A DNA stretch of 64,000 nt from Candidatus Cloacimonadales bacterium (GTDB taxonomy: Bacteria; Cloacimonadota; Cloacimonadia; Cloacimonadales; JAFGVF01): assembly GCA_963663475.2 (NCBI GenBank), contig CAXXJV010000001.1, forward strand, positions 2,304,001-2,368,000, in the 5' to 3' direction. Under the pieces are notes generated by a model. It was given only the letters and a program-made list of their open reading frames with translations, was not told the origin of the DNA and did no database searches. Made by a program: the position numbers and the translations under genes. This document shows, piece after piece, positions 26,101 to 31,222 of the stretch (position 1 is its first letter; every line of letters starts with the position of its first letter).

Positions 26101-28131
26101 TCCTTGAGTATTCTCATCCCAAGCTATAACCAAGTTATCGGCATTATTATAATGAAAGGGTGTATCTAAATTGAATGTAAGCCATTGGTCTTGACTAGTA
26201 ACGCTCATACTACCAGCATAAACTAGGGTAAGTTCATCATAAGGAATCCAACTTGTAGTATTTTGGAAATTAGATTCTTGAGTATGCCCAATATAGATAT
26301 TTAAATCATCTGGACCCCAAGTAGAATTACCATTATAATGGATACTAAGAGATACTATGGCTCCACTAACATTTATCTGTTCTGGATAATAGATTGTTTG
26401 AGAGTAAGTATAACCAAAGAAAGAATCAATAGGTAAGCTAGTGTTTGTTAGTAGTCCATCACCTATAGTAATGCTAACTTGGTTATCAGGCAATTCAGTA
26501 GTAAATTGTCTTACATCACTATGAACTACAATTCCACTGATATTATTTAGAGCTGAAAGCCTCCAATAGTAGTTGGTATTGTTTTCTAAGTTCTGGCATT
26601 CATAGGTGCTTAACAAGTCATTTGTAAGGACCAGAGCAGAAGCTTCAAGATTTTCTACATCTTCAAGATTAGAGGAAAGATAAAGATTTATACCTGTTGT
26701 ATTTTCACCTATCTCCCACTCTAGTAGAGTATTTACCGAAACATCTGTAGCTTGATCTTCAGGACTGATCAAATTAACTATTGAAGGTTCATTTTCTGGT
26801 ATTTCTTCTATAAGAAAGTCATCAATATATATATTTTGATATTGAGAGAGCAGTGAATGCTTAAAAGAAATATGTTTGATTTCTCTATCATTTGGTAGGT
26901 TATATGAATAGTCAACAAACTCATTAGTGAGAGAAATAACGCCCAGTGCTGAGAAAGTAGATTCATCAGATGCATCACTCATTGTTCCTAAAACAACTTC
27001 TATAGGAAAATTATCCTCCCCAATGATTGAAAAACTAACCCTGTTACCAGCATTTTCAATTTTAGGAGATGATAATATGTAGTTACCCGAAGTAGTTCCA
27101 CTATTATGCAATCTGAGAGATGAAGGTTCTGAAAAAGCTTGTCCATAATCCACTTGACAATAATTATAACTATTGCCAGTATCATCTAAAACAATCCACC
27201 CGTTTACTTTGTCTTCTTCTTGATAAGAATCAAAATTTTCCTCATAAGGAAGCTGAGCTATCCCATAATCACTATAGAAAGTATATGTTTGAGTAGAAGA
27301 AGATTCTCCTTGGGGACTGAAAGCGACTAATTTCCAGTAATACTGACTATTATATTCTGTATCAGGATAATAATAAGGAGAAGAAGCTGGATTAACAATA
27401 AGAGCATCATAAAAGAGTTCATTGTCTGCAATATAAAGAACTACATAACTTGTATTTACCCCATTATTCCATATAAAATTAGTGTTGATTGCTACATTTA
27501 CAGACCCCATTTGGGGCTCAATAATGGTAGGGATACCAGGAAGACTATCATTCAAAATGTTAAACCTAGTGTTTGGAACAAAAGTTTTGTAACTTCCAGA
27601 CATATTTGGGAATGTCCCATCTCGATATTTATAAAGCGTTCTGTTAGCATCACTGTTGCGACCATAAAAATTTGGATAACCAGACTCATAAGAACCATCA
27701 TTATTTATATAGACAACTTCAAGATTGTCACTACCATTATAGTCAAAAGTCACATCTAAATCATAATCATTCCAACCTGTTTCTAAAATTACATTTCCTG
27801 AAAAAACTAATTGGAAAGAATCATCCGTACTTGGGTCTATATAATCAGTAGAGCTATATTCAGAAGCACTAGTGTGCCTCATATAAATAGATTGATTATT
27901 CATTGCAAAGCTATTAATATCATTACTTATGTTGTAGGATATCTTGTTAATGGTCATTTCTTGTAATAAGTCAGAGTAAAGATATATTGTCCTTGTCCAA
28001 CTGTAATCATAATAACCATCAGCTGGAATATACCTAATTGTGGTTTCTTGATTTCCAACCTCAACGTATTGTCCATAAAGTGTCATGCTCATAAGCATGA
28101 TTAAACTAAAAAATAATCCAAGTCTCTTCAT
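5125..28131 (-). CDS. Giant (7668 aa) secreted modular surface/adhesin-like protein: FN3, GLUG x2, PKD x6, cadherin-like, many ASH/choice-of-anchor-D/BACON-like Ig domains, LamG, two beta-propellers, parallel beta-helix
   Basis: Uninterrupted ORF with GAGG RBS and signal peptide; WDFGDG/NPxHxY PKD motifs, VGGLVG GLUG motifs, WYHVAVTY..IDEFRIW LamG, GITYDGTYxWI propellers, LDFG..NxG..L.I Ig repeats. Confidence 0.92.
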   Translation of the reverse strand: MKRLGLFFSLIMLMSMTLYGQYVEVGNQETTIRYIPADGYYDYSWTRTIYLYSDLLQEMTINKISYNISNDINSFAMNNQSIYMRHTSASEYSSTDYIDPSTDDSFQLVFSGNVILETGWNDYDLDVTFDYNGSDNLEVVYINNDGSYESGYPNFYGRNSDANRTLYKYRDGTFPNMSGSYKTFVPNTRFNILNDSLPGIPTIIEPQMGSVNVAINTNFIWNNGVNTSYVVLYIADNELFYDALIVNPASSPYYYPDTEYNSQYYWKLVAFSPQGESSSTQTYTFYSDYGIAQLPYEENFDSYQEEDKVNGWIVLDDTGNSYNYCQVDYGQAFSEPSSLRLHNSGTTSGNYILSSPKIENAGNRVSFSIIGEDNFPIEVVLGTMSDASDESTFSALGVISLTNEFVDYSYNLPNDREIKHISFKHSLLSQYQNIYIDDFLIEEIPENEPSIVNLISPEDQATDVSVNTLLEWEIGENTTGINLYLSSNLEDVENLEASALVLTNDLLSTYECQNLENNTNYYWRLSALNNISGIVVHSDVRQFTTELPDNQVSITIGDGLLTNTSLPIDSFFGYTYSQTIYYPEQINVSGAIVSLSIHYNGNSTWGPDDLNIYIGHTQESNFQNTTSWIPYDELTLVYAGSMSVTSQDQWLTFNLDTPFHYNNADNLVIAWDENTQGYHSSNDEFYNTSTINTQSLVYKSDSTNPDPQNPPAGQAKYAFPNIQLILAESDEIYPSLPLVISPANNEINYELEYPLEWTNGVNTDYINLTIGTSADLTDAETFTNVQSPFFFEHQYNTTYYWKLQAFSSSSNSTESQIFKYTTDYGFAQIPFIQNFDSYSEGDHPNGWYVLDNTGNSYNYCQVDYGRAYSAPAALRLHNSGTTSGDYILSSPRFVTQGNRVSFSIIGQDNLPIEVVIGTMDNPNNADSFTAIDTLSVSEEFHNYTYSFSEDYSIKYFSFKHSMLSQYQSIYIDDFTILEIPENEPSQVTLISPEDHATNVSVDTILEWEIGDNTTGVNVYCSSNLQDVEDMSSSAMVIENQLISSYECSDLENSTSYFWRVSAVNNLSGLVIDSDIRQFTTELRGNLVSITIGDEELTNTGLPIEPYFGYTYSQTIYQADQISHEGSIVSLKIHYNGNSAWGPEDLNIYMGHTQLASFESQTSWLPLEELTQVYDGTITTTNQDQWLSFDLDIPFNYNNTENLVIAWDENTYGYHTSSDEFFNSSSSNTVSIQYRNDTTNPDPANPPSGTLISAYPNIEIILDSTEPVDEYLPPRNLIGIANNGSVQLSWNSPLILNETSHIPLGYYVYRNSIQISPTVVVDTLFNDLDIQHGEIYEYYVIALYSYNQSQASNTQEVHAYNFSGQGNYESPYIIETLTDLRVLNEIPSLWSGSFKQTGDIDASDTYNWNEGAGFNPIGRDSQNMFTGSYNGQGFSISNLFINRPSTNNIGMFGYASNASISNLKLLDIQFLGNLYIGGLIGNSNSIILSNSCVTGDISGSYGIGGLMGSANASNISYSYTSVDISANDIYIGGLIGIGSSVSISNSYARGSISGTYINGGLAGRIYNNSTINNCYAAISVSGSGSSGGLVADNSSSSVNNSFWDTVISNQSTSAGGTGLTTEAMQTLSTYLDEGWDFADETENGEEDIWIFVADNYPHLAWEGYAQNLSNPPSNLQANLVGNFIDLTWSPYQFTGSRTRALQGYKVYRNSIEITESVIPDTLYRDANIEVGNIYSYYVTAVYDEEESQASNVVEIEITNDYPAPTNLIAQVDYPNINLTWDEFIESSIEEIKWTDENWQYFANGENTFAILAENTSSSNMQINTIGFVLYGTLTNNYIDVKVWSDDNGLPGNELYSLATTINQIHPDWCNIDVSDQNWTIPANTNVFIGIANYENSSNFGLLMETTSSPANSYTYANEQWQSTLDAYSCSNVALRVEVETGSSSGIIPDSYSVYRSADNDNDTYYMIASVFEGNYQDNNPIFNTQSYYYVTGVYGDIESFPSNIAQVEINELILQGQGSQESPYLINDIDDLYILTKNNEYWGQGIYIEQTADIDAESSQYVQGSGFSPIGYEWGNLFRGNYNGNNHSISNYYINLPQAEYVGLFGYTYGATISNLLVSDIQVYGNEKVGGLVGRTYANTLIENCSVTGIITGTEASNTMVGGLVGNNYESTINNCYTEAILNGSYIVGGLVGYNISSTISNSFALENIDCSGHFVGGLVGYSQSGASIENSYVSCNVHGVENVGGLVGFNDGSHIFKSYSQGQISSIGSYTGGLVAKNMAGSTITQSYSSANVNGAGSYGGGLVADNNGSISDSYASGNIQSLDDYVGGFVGLSSESGQIVNCYSTGNVSGSNSIGAFIGFNNGSIISNSLWNNETCDIELGAGGNTGNLINFAGISSLEFLDQANFIDLGWDFQGESANGSEDIWTFSSGHYPYLSWEDKFVAQFTVSQQTISANSEVTFTNLSLGDIDTYEWDFGDDSYSSQANPNHTYYYPGTYDVKLTIYNDDSSDIEYKTEYMTVYVSSPSGLSAYVEDNDNDVILNWQEEDGVWLQKCNDTSYNGIGTNNAAEFSVALKYTSEELLAYQGMYLTSIKMFPRVAEATYTLKVWGGPSGMDELYSQNITSFENQQWNEYILDSTIAIPTSGQLYIGYRVNTPSGLPAGADNGPLVEGGNMIRFNDSSNWDYLHNLSSSLTVNFNIKAFASYSGQDRLVSNYQPLYQLTSKANSKKQSLLASYTRPIASSTDYSSNTRDLTGYKVYRDESLIASLDAQTMTYVDYDLPNGSYEYYVTQVYGAVDSNPSNRVNVTVHQLIADFSTDNLQVITGQEVQFTNLSTQGDVTYYWDFGDGNFSNESNPLHTYTQAGSYSVSLTIFEGDDSVTEVKEDYITVLNSSYLYNNFARTTLAYEDDSNWDEIINNLLGNDYRVADWYDLVAYHNRGEDLLVLYDSLGLEDHGSSAYVKRNGDPSYNSSRYYYASRHEHNKPGNYMAHDNIDNYLISLGSWYGSNYIFAYINLNPAFIASETICTQYDELIFTNQSIGNSNSYLWDFGDGTSSLEENPYHVYQEPGSYTVSLTISNDSGSVTETKEDYIRVNAINHNPNINLPELFTFEEDTTLDVDFSEYITDIDEDDQLILTCEESSNIYTEIDGFMVTFSAMPDWFGSEVLYFTVDDQAGDGISRVNVGRTRAIASDNIEVIVTSIDDPMSVNNPIDNVYEPMNSPDLEINLAERFYDVDSQITSYEITLNTFEELVTTSISDMNLTLSFTEDMFGSAEIELTAYNNHSDQISLSFMVDIWPTPEMSVSPENFTISVLTGETFPSTFTIENNGLGSLEWGLESVTYQESGLAEWLDIATSSGNIEVDENQVVDITFSASDLNAGVYHANILFNHNNPNQEFIEVPVTFTVLGLPEISVSTNSLDFGQVFVNSNQVLPLVINNTGSSTLTINNISSTGNYYSVNYNNFVIPVGQSRTIEVSFNPETIGNDDASLNIYSTDYLHNPLVLSLFAQAINPPEIEVIGQDLEFYVLGSGLDTETILIRNNGASTLEYNLESDDNWVSFNPFMGQLEAAGEQVVTITVNPINLVAGIYDSSFSVNSNVPGSPVTNVNLQLVRQVYNVTDFDNDDNSGLGVSDNDLDVLVGYNSANAPIEFNIFSNNPNPETVKLSLRAWNVDNAGGGVHRVYLNNYILGELRGLSDTWTTTLFEVQPSYLDGSLVNKVEIEVDSDFVGNSIKVDWGQLSYDNTSLNASIRYIDLDQTSYYAGANVGVTEEIDTNLANQEIRVETTIYSPWDTIVTGTSRVLTIIGSQSDAFSESLEIADHYSPGIYELQVIVYDNNSNIQQALFTSNFEVKPYESEIFVETNTIDFGPVLENETSQEIITITNTGHADLVISEISSDHANFISNITSTTIGYNESQNIIISFTPSSLGQVEGNLTIISNASNTPAFLIALTGIGIENVPYIEVSHTSLDFGNVYTIVPESQEVTIRNVGPAPLEITNIISDNQYFIVDDNLAGAIINTNEELLVNVTFEPFAVQQYSGNITIISNADNQPNFVISVSGQGSIAPQVTYAPNDIEIAMSVGENISENLEISNTGGNELTWNIKDNFGMMFEVDGFNSPSVDYGYIRNRAPIQLYGGSFSVELWFKVDSNLGQSSNGSIYNGGKQCIVSKSVSSQTGSFGIYTDGIDNQESDKNLKVALNNGSNREFLVANNIELHQWYHVAVTYNDNIMTVYLDGNQITQEEVVNFTGNYAPWILGKMSETGSNWYRFDGGIDEFRIWESARSHTEIANYRNVRLLGNEQNLGGYWNFDQEDLRDGSSYQTTGVIYGNAGISESNVSTIPSWISFSNTSGQLGPGNLTSLNINLDASDIIGGTYNQVIEMTSNDPDESIIEIPLTVNVTGIPNIVITPETLDFANSYIGYSDTLSVLITNTGSDVLNLSNFNISEDVFTTEVTQLSIQANESQRIIINFTPEAERVYSGQFTFTTNLPGNAVRSLEITGNGVYTPQIALSTSSFSATVNSGQVTNQELTISNIQGEELNFDIELIEVLDRDVVSGVFDNLPNSNKGMVWVDGYLYIISYSQNKLYKYDISNESVIAQYPIHSSPFGITYDGTYLWIGSSSSTFYAYDLAGNQVDQFNSILTGNYAMTWNGENFIISPSSVNNPQIYTLDTDGSVISTIDTNFNGKMNQIVWVADHTGGELWALDYSAHKIRQLNPTDGSLLKQISYNEFSGTSYALAHNGRDLWIAPDSETDSKLYRIEDNIHEFNWLTVSPDSGSLVEGENQIVTLEYNARNLMAGRYEAVLDIHSNDAETPSSEIYVILDVIGQAVLVSSENELDFATCFIGQTLTEEIELANAGSSDLEINNIMFNSSDFSVTETQISIEPLTSQSISISFTPLSSGVKTAQMTIYSNDIANSEYIIQLSGIAEGEPTFEVNPASLLANLTVDEEESQVLRLTNNGGSNLIYSLALDEVNSREENFINDYELREMGFFADQSRNIVINDLPYQNLVTSEANRFLGDQIATYPNMPAWNAGLYWLNNELYIVDFNRDNEVQATGRLLKYDLETYQITESYPIHTLPYGITYDGTYFWIGNQSGNVYCYDPTTLNTSTNPPIASFSSPVDYFPALTYMGDSFLISRAFGDNPVSSIYRVAHNGDILETYSAYLGMNISQLVWVEDYYNNELWALQNTIEDEVIIGGKILQLQLVNSSIVVTEENSFWDNDVIYSFTSNGKDLWISDVSGPLFQVDDGRWLSTDNTSGTIAPGHYQDINITFNPTGIYGGDYSGSVRLTSNVPQNSLINLPVTMRVQGYPEYEISDSQINFGEVAVGYSDIQSISLSNIGSDDLAIESITFTPLGIFTTNTNISSLAPGASSDINVEFSPDNNIEFDAIMDIQTNIGLVSVNLNGQGYLPPIIGLSIENIVSSLEYGQSEDRELIISNSGDRTLSYEIMINGGSRSDDNSRSRSVEANDWLSLTPTSGDINPGTSQTVTVNLSAADVYAGNYSALLLVNSNDPQGSQEIPVQLNVSGNPSISVSETDIDFASVLIGNSANQTFTVSNTGSSILQVSSVSLESNEFLVSPPSFTLAPEASRSVTVSFTPLSQGAKTASVTILSNDENGEDHVALTGYGVEATAEILVSTDNLDFSQVNVGNYRELEYTLYNQGTGILRITNIGSSHPDFVSMSLPTLNSPINIQPGNNRVMLVRYTPTGDTEETAVLTITSNANNESSLEINMSGSGVNVPQITINKTSLDWFILDNTLYYDELVISNEGQAQLDYSLSTETLALPWITANPASGSIEAGASATINLTLDTRNIDYGSYFANFTITSNDPDNSELSLPMILNHSNFNFTDTDNAGNDFVETTDNDLGINISENSPNAPVEFFIYTNESEVDYAKLRIRAYDIDSGEINYVFVNGTWVGQLVGSNNNYSITEFMINPELINLGENVANEIEISLDVNSTDSGYSRIIWGQFVFNQAPIYATISSLNLNRSNYYPGEEVQVNSIITTQLYNQAVRAEYELLNPDLQVIDTYQETLNLSVTSNQQTSANLDLPPDSEIGTYSVKLAIYDVATNIKQSERTTNFNILSGDPVLSVNNEINFGSNYIGYPKMKNIQITNQGYAPLSISSLTTSNGFFSVVNRAFVLQNGESETITVTFESSEAGTFTENLIIESNDPNNQSQIITLSATAIEAPQIELSTTSIATTIPRFGTDSGQFTITNAGNSNLHISSIRVSGTSWLSVEPTSLTIPQGLSEEVELSFSAYDLTEGNYNAIVQVNSDDPDNSTLLIYVTMTVTERLITANFTATPLSGPKELEVTFTNLAQTSDGSQISEYQWDFHNDGIVDSYEIHPSYTYENRGSYSVRLTVENENGESHSLLRNNYISVINTIPVLTSPIPNIVMEEDAINQEIDLRTYFSDGDNDNLIFTVSGNHNIHVSITNGIVTLAPNQDWFGIEELTFTASDNHQGIVSDVITVTVVDVADAPYFIELPESITILQTTRQVIDFANHVYDPEQSLSLLSLSIDNNEHVTYNILGLEVTFYAPQDWAGTETLTVNVSDGSGRLVTSQDIDITITDSFNAEFTADNTEILSGQTVQFTDLTQGNPNHWVWYLDNDDVPDSYLQNPSINYNIGGEYSVSLVVSYIDEDDILVTSDSVRYENYISVEGTSIPGGNYFGDWQVALSPYNVYGQVSVESGTSLNIEPGTVINIMEDTYFIVSGGLIADGVTFGTVAGEERQVGEWEGIKFTSTDEISSLSNSYILNARKAIEINGASPNLTGLTIQGLDSEHSAIKISGPSQAIIDDLDIDKYNTGIEILGDASLDIPVITNIRVRHTTNTSRTENDPIAVKIHNSNVNIDNLDIEDFAKAIEIKSTQGSSAPVLTNIRVRHTTNTSRLDDTYAIKVEGDASPNISNIEIEDFSKAMSFDALNSSPSPVLTNIRVRHTTNTSRELADTALEFTGSVNAVIDSLEIEDYLTGIIFDNSSRTEAITPTLTNIRVRHTTNTSRTNAYALKSLGKVNMSLNDFESDNIYNGILYDSSESINPTLTNIRVRHTTNTSRDLGGTAITCMGNVSPQMSDVILEDYVTGLNFDNSNRSESSLPVLTNIRVRHTTNTSRTDALALNSVGSVNLSLDDFESDNVHDGISIYSSSSSSPVLTNIRVRHTTNTSRELGGFGIHISGQVEALLDSLLIEDCLTGIYLENLSRTESLTPVLTNIRVRHTTNTSRTDAFALKSIGLLNLDLHDFESENVMSGIYLDSSDETIPTLTNIRVRHTSNTSRNLGVGITLNNQANSWIRNSEIAGFACGLKVTGNNNAIIERNTFLDNLVSFDLTGNECLPQIHHNHIENSLGDLATFLFASDIQNVQILNNNILSYSKIVNANNSSLYFGQNIIWGSPISEADLASGNDIETTFEYNNISMAIDNAPGIGNMNTDPLFADSDLHNLELSIHSNCIDGGNPNLDLDPDGSIADIGMNYHHHLANFNSSSRFNTPGIPIYFDNKSEGHDDPTTDILWEFGDGHSSSLRNPEHIYQSPGIYNVTLTMTTGSFTDIVNRQGFVVTQDDPLPAPQYPLISMSNTDIILEWNEISESISGSPVANVSYLIYSCLDADGIYEYRDNVTELTWTDSNIAELAPRQFYFIIGFVNNQRMSLEDFINTHRYLTRDGNIIKPSLSKSKKN
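6321..7683 (-). repeat. Nine in-frame TNIRVRHT(T/S)NTSR motif repeats inside the giant protein
   Basis: Counted in the translation; spacing about 53-57 aa; DNA copies differ at synonymous positions. Confidence 0.95.
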
Positions 28132-28421
28132 TTAATCCTCCCTCAAAGGCTTTATGTATAATATTTTCAATACTTAGAATCCGTAAAAGTGTTGATATTT
28201 TTCTACACTTCTGCAAATATTCAACTATGTTTTCAAAAATATGTTCTAATGTGTATTTTGGTGGTTATAGAATCATATTTTATTCTTTTATTTTCTTACA
28301 TTATAATATTAAAACATCTTGTTATTAGTGATTGTATAGCTATTATGACCTAATATAGTACGGCTTAGTATATTTTCATTATAGAAATATTCACACATCC
28401 TAACTATCTGTCTATAAGATG

Positions 28422-28450
28422 AATATATAACTTAAAAATATTTTTGTCAA
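28422..28450 (-). promoter_or_regulatory. Candidate sigma70 promoter for the giant protein gene
   Basis: TTGACA-17 nt-TATATT on the minus strand, about 290 nt upstream of the ATG; AT-rich context lowers specificity. Confidence 0.45.
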
Positions 28451-28569
28451 TGATTTTTAAAACTTATATTTTTTCATAGTAATCTACTAACAAGGCTTAT
28501 CTAAAAATATTATATTGTGGATTATAAAATTTATTTAACCATAAGCTTTTTCCTATATTCATCCTTGAC

Positions 28570-28628
28570 CCTTCCTTTACAGTCTTTCGATGAAAGTCCC
28601 AGTTTCATCGAAAGACTGTAAAGGAAGG
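28570..28628. repeat. Long palindromic element family P, copy 2 (opposite orientation)
   Basis: 26-bp perfect stem CCTTCCTTTACAGTCTTTCGATGAAA, loop GTCCCAG. Confidence 0.9.
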
Positions 28629-28937
28629 TAAGAGGATGATAAGGTGGAATTACTAGAAAATTTATTAATGTTATTTTAACTTGAATAGTGCATTTAAAGT
28701 TTGATGAAGAGTGCTAATGCATTATTTGTGTTTAATTATATATCTTGATTCAGAATAATCCCGAATTGTGTAGTAGAGCATTAGAGAAGTAGAAGAATTG
28801 CATCTCATCTATGTCTTAAATTCTAAGAGTTTTAATCAATTTTCCTCCTACTAAACTAATCTTTTAAGATCTTACAAAAAAATATAGACTCATTATGCCC
28901 TAAAAATATTATGGTTAAAAATTATATTGGAGTTTAA

Positions 28938-30617
28938 ATGGAAGAAAATAAAGTAATTTATTCAATGAGTAAAGTAGGAAAAGTAATAGATGGTAATAAG
29001 CAAATATTAAAAGATATCTATTTAGGTTTTTATTATGGAGCTAAGATAGGTATTGTAGGACTTAATGGTTCTGGAAAATCTACCCTTCTTAAGATTATGG
29101 CAGGTATTGACACTGATTATCTAGGTGAAGTTGCCATGTCTAAAGGCTATACTATAGGTTATTTAGAGCAAGATCCTCAATTAGATCCAGAAAAAACTGT
29201 TTTAGATATTGTAAAAGAAGGTGCTGCAGAGTCTGTTGCTCTCTTAGAAAGATTTGAAGAAATTAACTTAAAGTTTGCTGAACCCATGTCTGATGAAGAA
29301 ATGGACGAGCTCTTAAAAGAACAAGGTAAGGTACAAGACCAGCTTGATGCTCTAAATGCTTGGGATTTGGATAGTAGATTAGACTTAGCAATGGATGCTT
29401 TGAGATGTCCACCAAGTGATTTAAAGTGTGGAGTAATATCTGGTGGTGAAAAACGTCGGGTTGCCTTATGTCGCTTATTACTTCAAGAACCAGACATTTT
29501 ATTATTAGATGAACCTACTAACCATTTAGATGCTGAGACCATTCTTTGGCTTGAACATCATCTACAGAGATATAAAGGCACTGTTATAGCCATAACTCAC
29601 GATAGATATTTCTTGGATAATGTAGCAGGTTGGATTTTAGAGTTAGACAGAGGGGAAGGAATTCCTTGGGAAGGTAATTATTCTTCCTGGTTAGATCAAA
29701 AACAAAAGCGTTTAGCTACTGAAGCCAAGGGTGAATCTAAAAGACAAAAAGCTTTGCAGGAAGAATTGGAGTGGATTAAGTCTAGCCCTAAGGCACGTCA
29801 TGCTAAAAGTAAAGCTAGAATAGCCAACTATGAAAAGATGGCTTCTGAAGAGTATCAAAGAGAAAATGCAACAGACCAGCTATACATACCAAGCGGACCT
29901 AAATTAGGTACAAATGTTATTAAAGCTGAAGGGGTTGCCAAGGGGTTTGATCAGAAATTACTTTATGAAGATTTAACATTTGACCTTCCAGCAGGTGGTA
30001 TCATTGGCGTTATCGGTGCAAACGGTGCAGGTAAAACCACTCTTTTCAATATGATAACTGGCAATACTCAAGCAGACAAGGGAACTTTCACTATCGGAGA
30101 AACAGTCAAATTATCATATGTGGACCAAGCTAGGATTATTGATTCTGATAAAACAATCTTAGAATTGATTGGTGATGGAAGAGATGTTATGATGGTGGGA
30201 GATAAAGAAATTAATGTAAGACAATATTTATCTAGATTCAATTTTTCAAGTAAAGAACATGGCAAGCCAATAAAGGTTCTTTCAGGTGGAGAAAAAAATA
30301 GAGCTTATTTAGCTTTAACTCTGCAAACTGGTGGAAATGTCTTGCTACTTGACGAACCTACAAATGACCTAGATATTAATACTATTAGAGCTTTAGAAGA
30401 TGCCTTAATGAAATTTGCTGGTTGTGCTGTTGTGATTAGTCATGATAGATACTTCTTAGATAGAATTTGTACTCACATATTAGCTTTTGAGGGTGATTCA
30501 AAGGTTAAATGGTTTGATGGAAACTTCTCTGAATATGAAGAAAATAAATTAGAAAGACTTGGAGAAAAAGCTCTTATTCCTAAAAGAATCACTTATAGAA
30601 AACTTACAAGAGACTAA
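28938..30617 (+). CDS. ettA: Energy-dependent translational throttle ABC-F protein
   Basis: Two ABC domains (GLNGSGKST, ISGGEKRR, LLDEPTN), GIPWEGNYSSWL and ELEWI linker motifs. Confidence 0.95.
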   Translation: MEENKVIYSMSKVGKVIDGNKQILKDIYLGFYYGAKIGIVGLNGSGKSTLLKIMAGIDTDYLGEVAMSKGYTIGYLEQDPQLDPEKTVLDIVKEGAAESVALLERFEEINLKFAEPMSDEEMDELLKEQGKVQDQLDALNAWDLDSRLDLAMDALRCPPSDLKCGVISGGEKRRVALCRLLLQEPDILLLDEPTNHLDAETILWLEHHLQRYKGTVIAITHDRYFLDNVAGWILELDRGEGIPWEGNYSSWLDQKQKRLATEAKGESKRQKALQEELEWIKSSPKARHAKSKARIANYEKMASEEYQRENATDQLYIPSGPKLGTNVIKAEGVAKGFDQKLLYEDLTFDLPAGGIIGVIGANGAGKTTLFNMITGNTQADKGTFTIGETVKLSYVDQARIIDSDKTILELIGDGRDVMMVGDKEINVRQYLSRFNFSSKEHGKPIKVLSGGEKNRAYLALTLQTGGNVLLLDEPTNDLDINTIRALEDALMKFAGCAVVISHDRYFLDRICTHILAFEGDSKVKWFDGNFSEYEENKLERLGEKALIPKRITYRKLTRD

Positions 30618-30663
30618 AATTATCATTAATTAAGAAGGTTAAATCCTCTGGTGTCTCCTTTAA

Positions 30664-30990
30664 CCCAAAGGGGATAAATAGTTTAGCCCGGGGTAAATTC
30701 CTGAAGGGAATGCAACCCCGGGTACTGGATGTAAAACAAAGCCTAACCCTGAAAGGGTTAAATAACATCATATATACCATAGACTTATTATAATACATTA
30801 TTTATCATTTTATTAAACCTTCCAGGGTAATATCTTTGGGCTAGCCATCATTACCCAGGCTTGTGATACTTTCAGCATTTTACCCTGGGCTAAATTATTT
30901 TATCCCTTTCAGGGATTTTTGATGAATCAATTAGTAATGAAATATTCTCATTTTCCAATATTATTACCACCGACTTGAACTTGAGCCTAA
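30664..30990. repeat. REP/REPIN-like non-autonomous element family R, intact copy
   Basis: Inverted arms of about 65 bp with AACCCTGAAAGGGTT / ATCCCTTTCAGGGAT hairpins and a tail ending ACTTGAACTTGAGCCTAA; very similar to 53912-53998 + 56368-56630. Confidence 0.85.
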
Positions 30991-31159
30991 TTTTACTGAT
31001 AGGAGTAGGTGTTGCTTGGTAAAAAGGATGCAATCCTGAAAGGATAAGTAGTAGATTTCCAGGGGGGATATTTGTAGAATGGTTAAACTGAGCTAGAAAG
31101 ACTAATTAGAGTGATAAAAGGGATTCATTAGATTATTTAAGATACAGCTTATATTCCTA

Positions 31160-31187
31160 TTGACATCTAATCAGGCTAAATTATCAT
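31160..31187 (+). promoter_or_regulatory. Candidate sigma70 promoter
   Basis: TTGACA-16 nt-TATCAT about 35 nt upstream of the ATG at 31223. Confidence 0.5.
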
Positions 31188-31222
31188 AGCATAAAAAAGA
31201 TATAAATTAGGAGCTCAAGCCT

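Noticed and set aside
7547-27759. Small ORFs overlapping the giant gene (7547, 7889, 10868, 11481, 13754, 16030, 23973, 25581, 27000, 27511)
   Set aside because: Antisense or off-frame shadows of a long coding region, with no recognisable motifs
5125-28131. Diversity-generating retroelement targeting the giant protein
   Set aside because: No reverse transcriptase and no template/variable repeat pair differing only at adenines was seen
30604-30798. 64-aa minus-strand ORF
   Set aside because: Lies across the family R repeat and overlaps the ettA stop; no protein features
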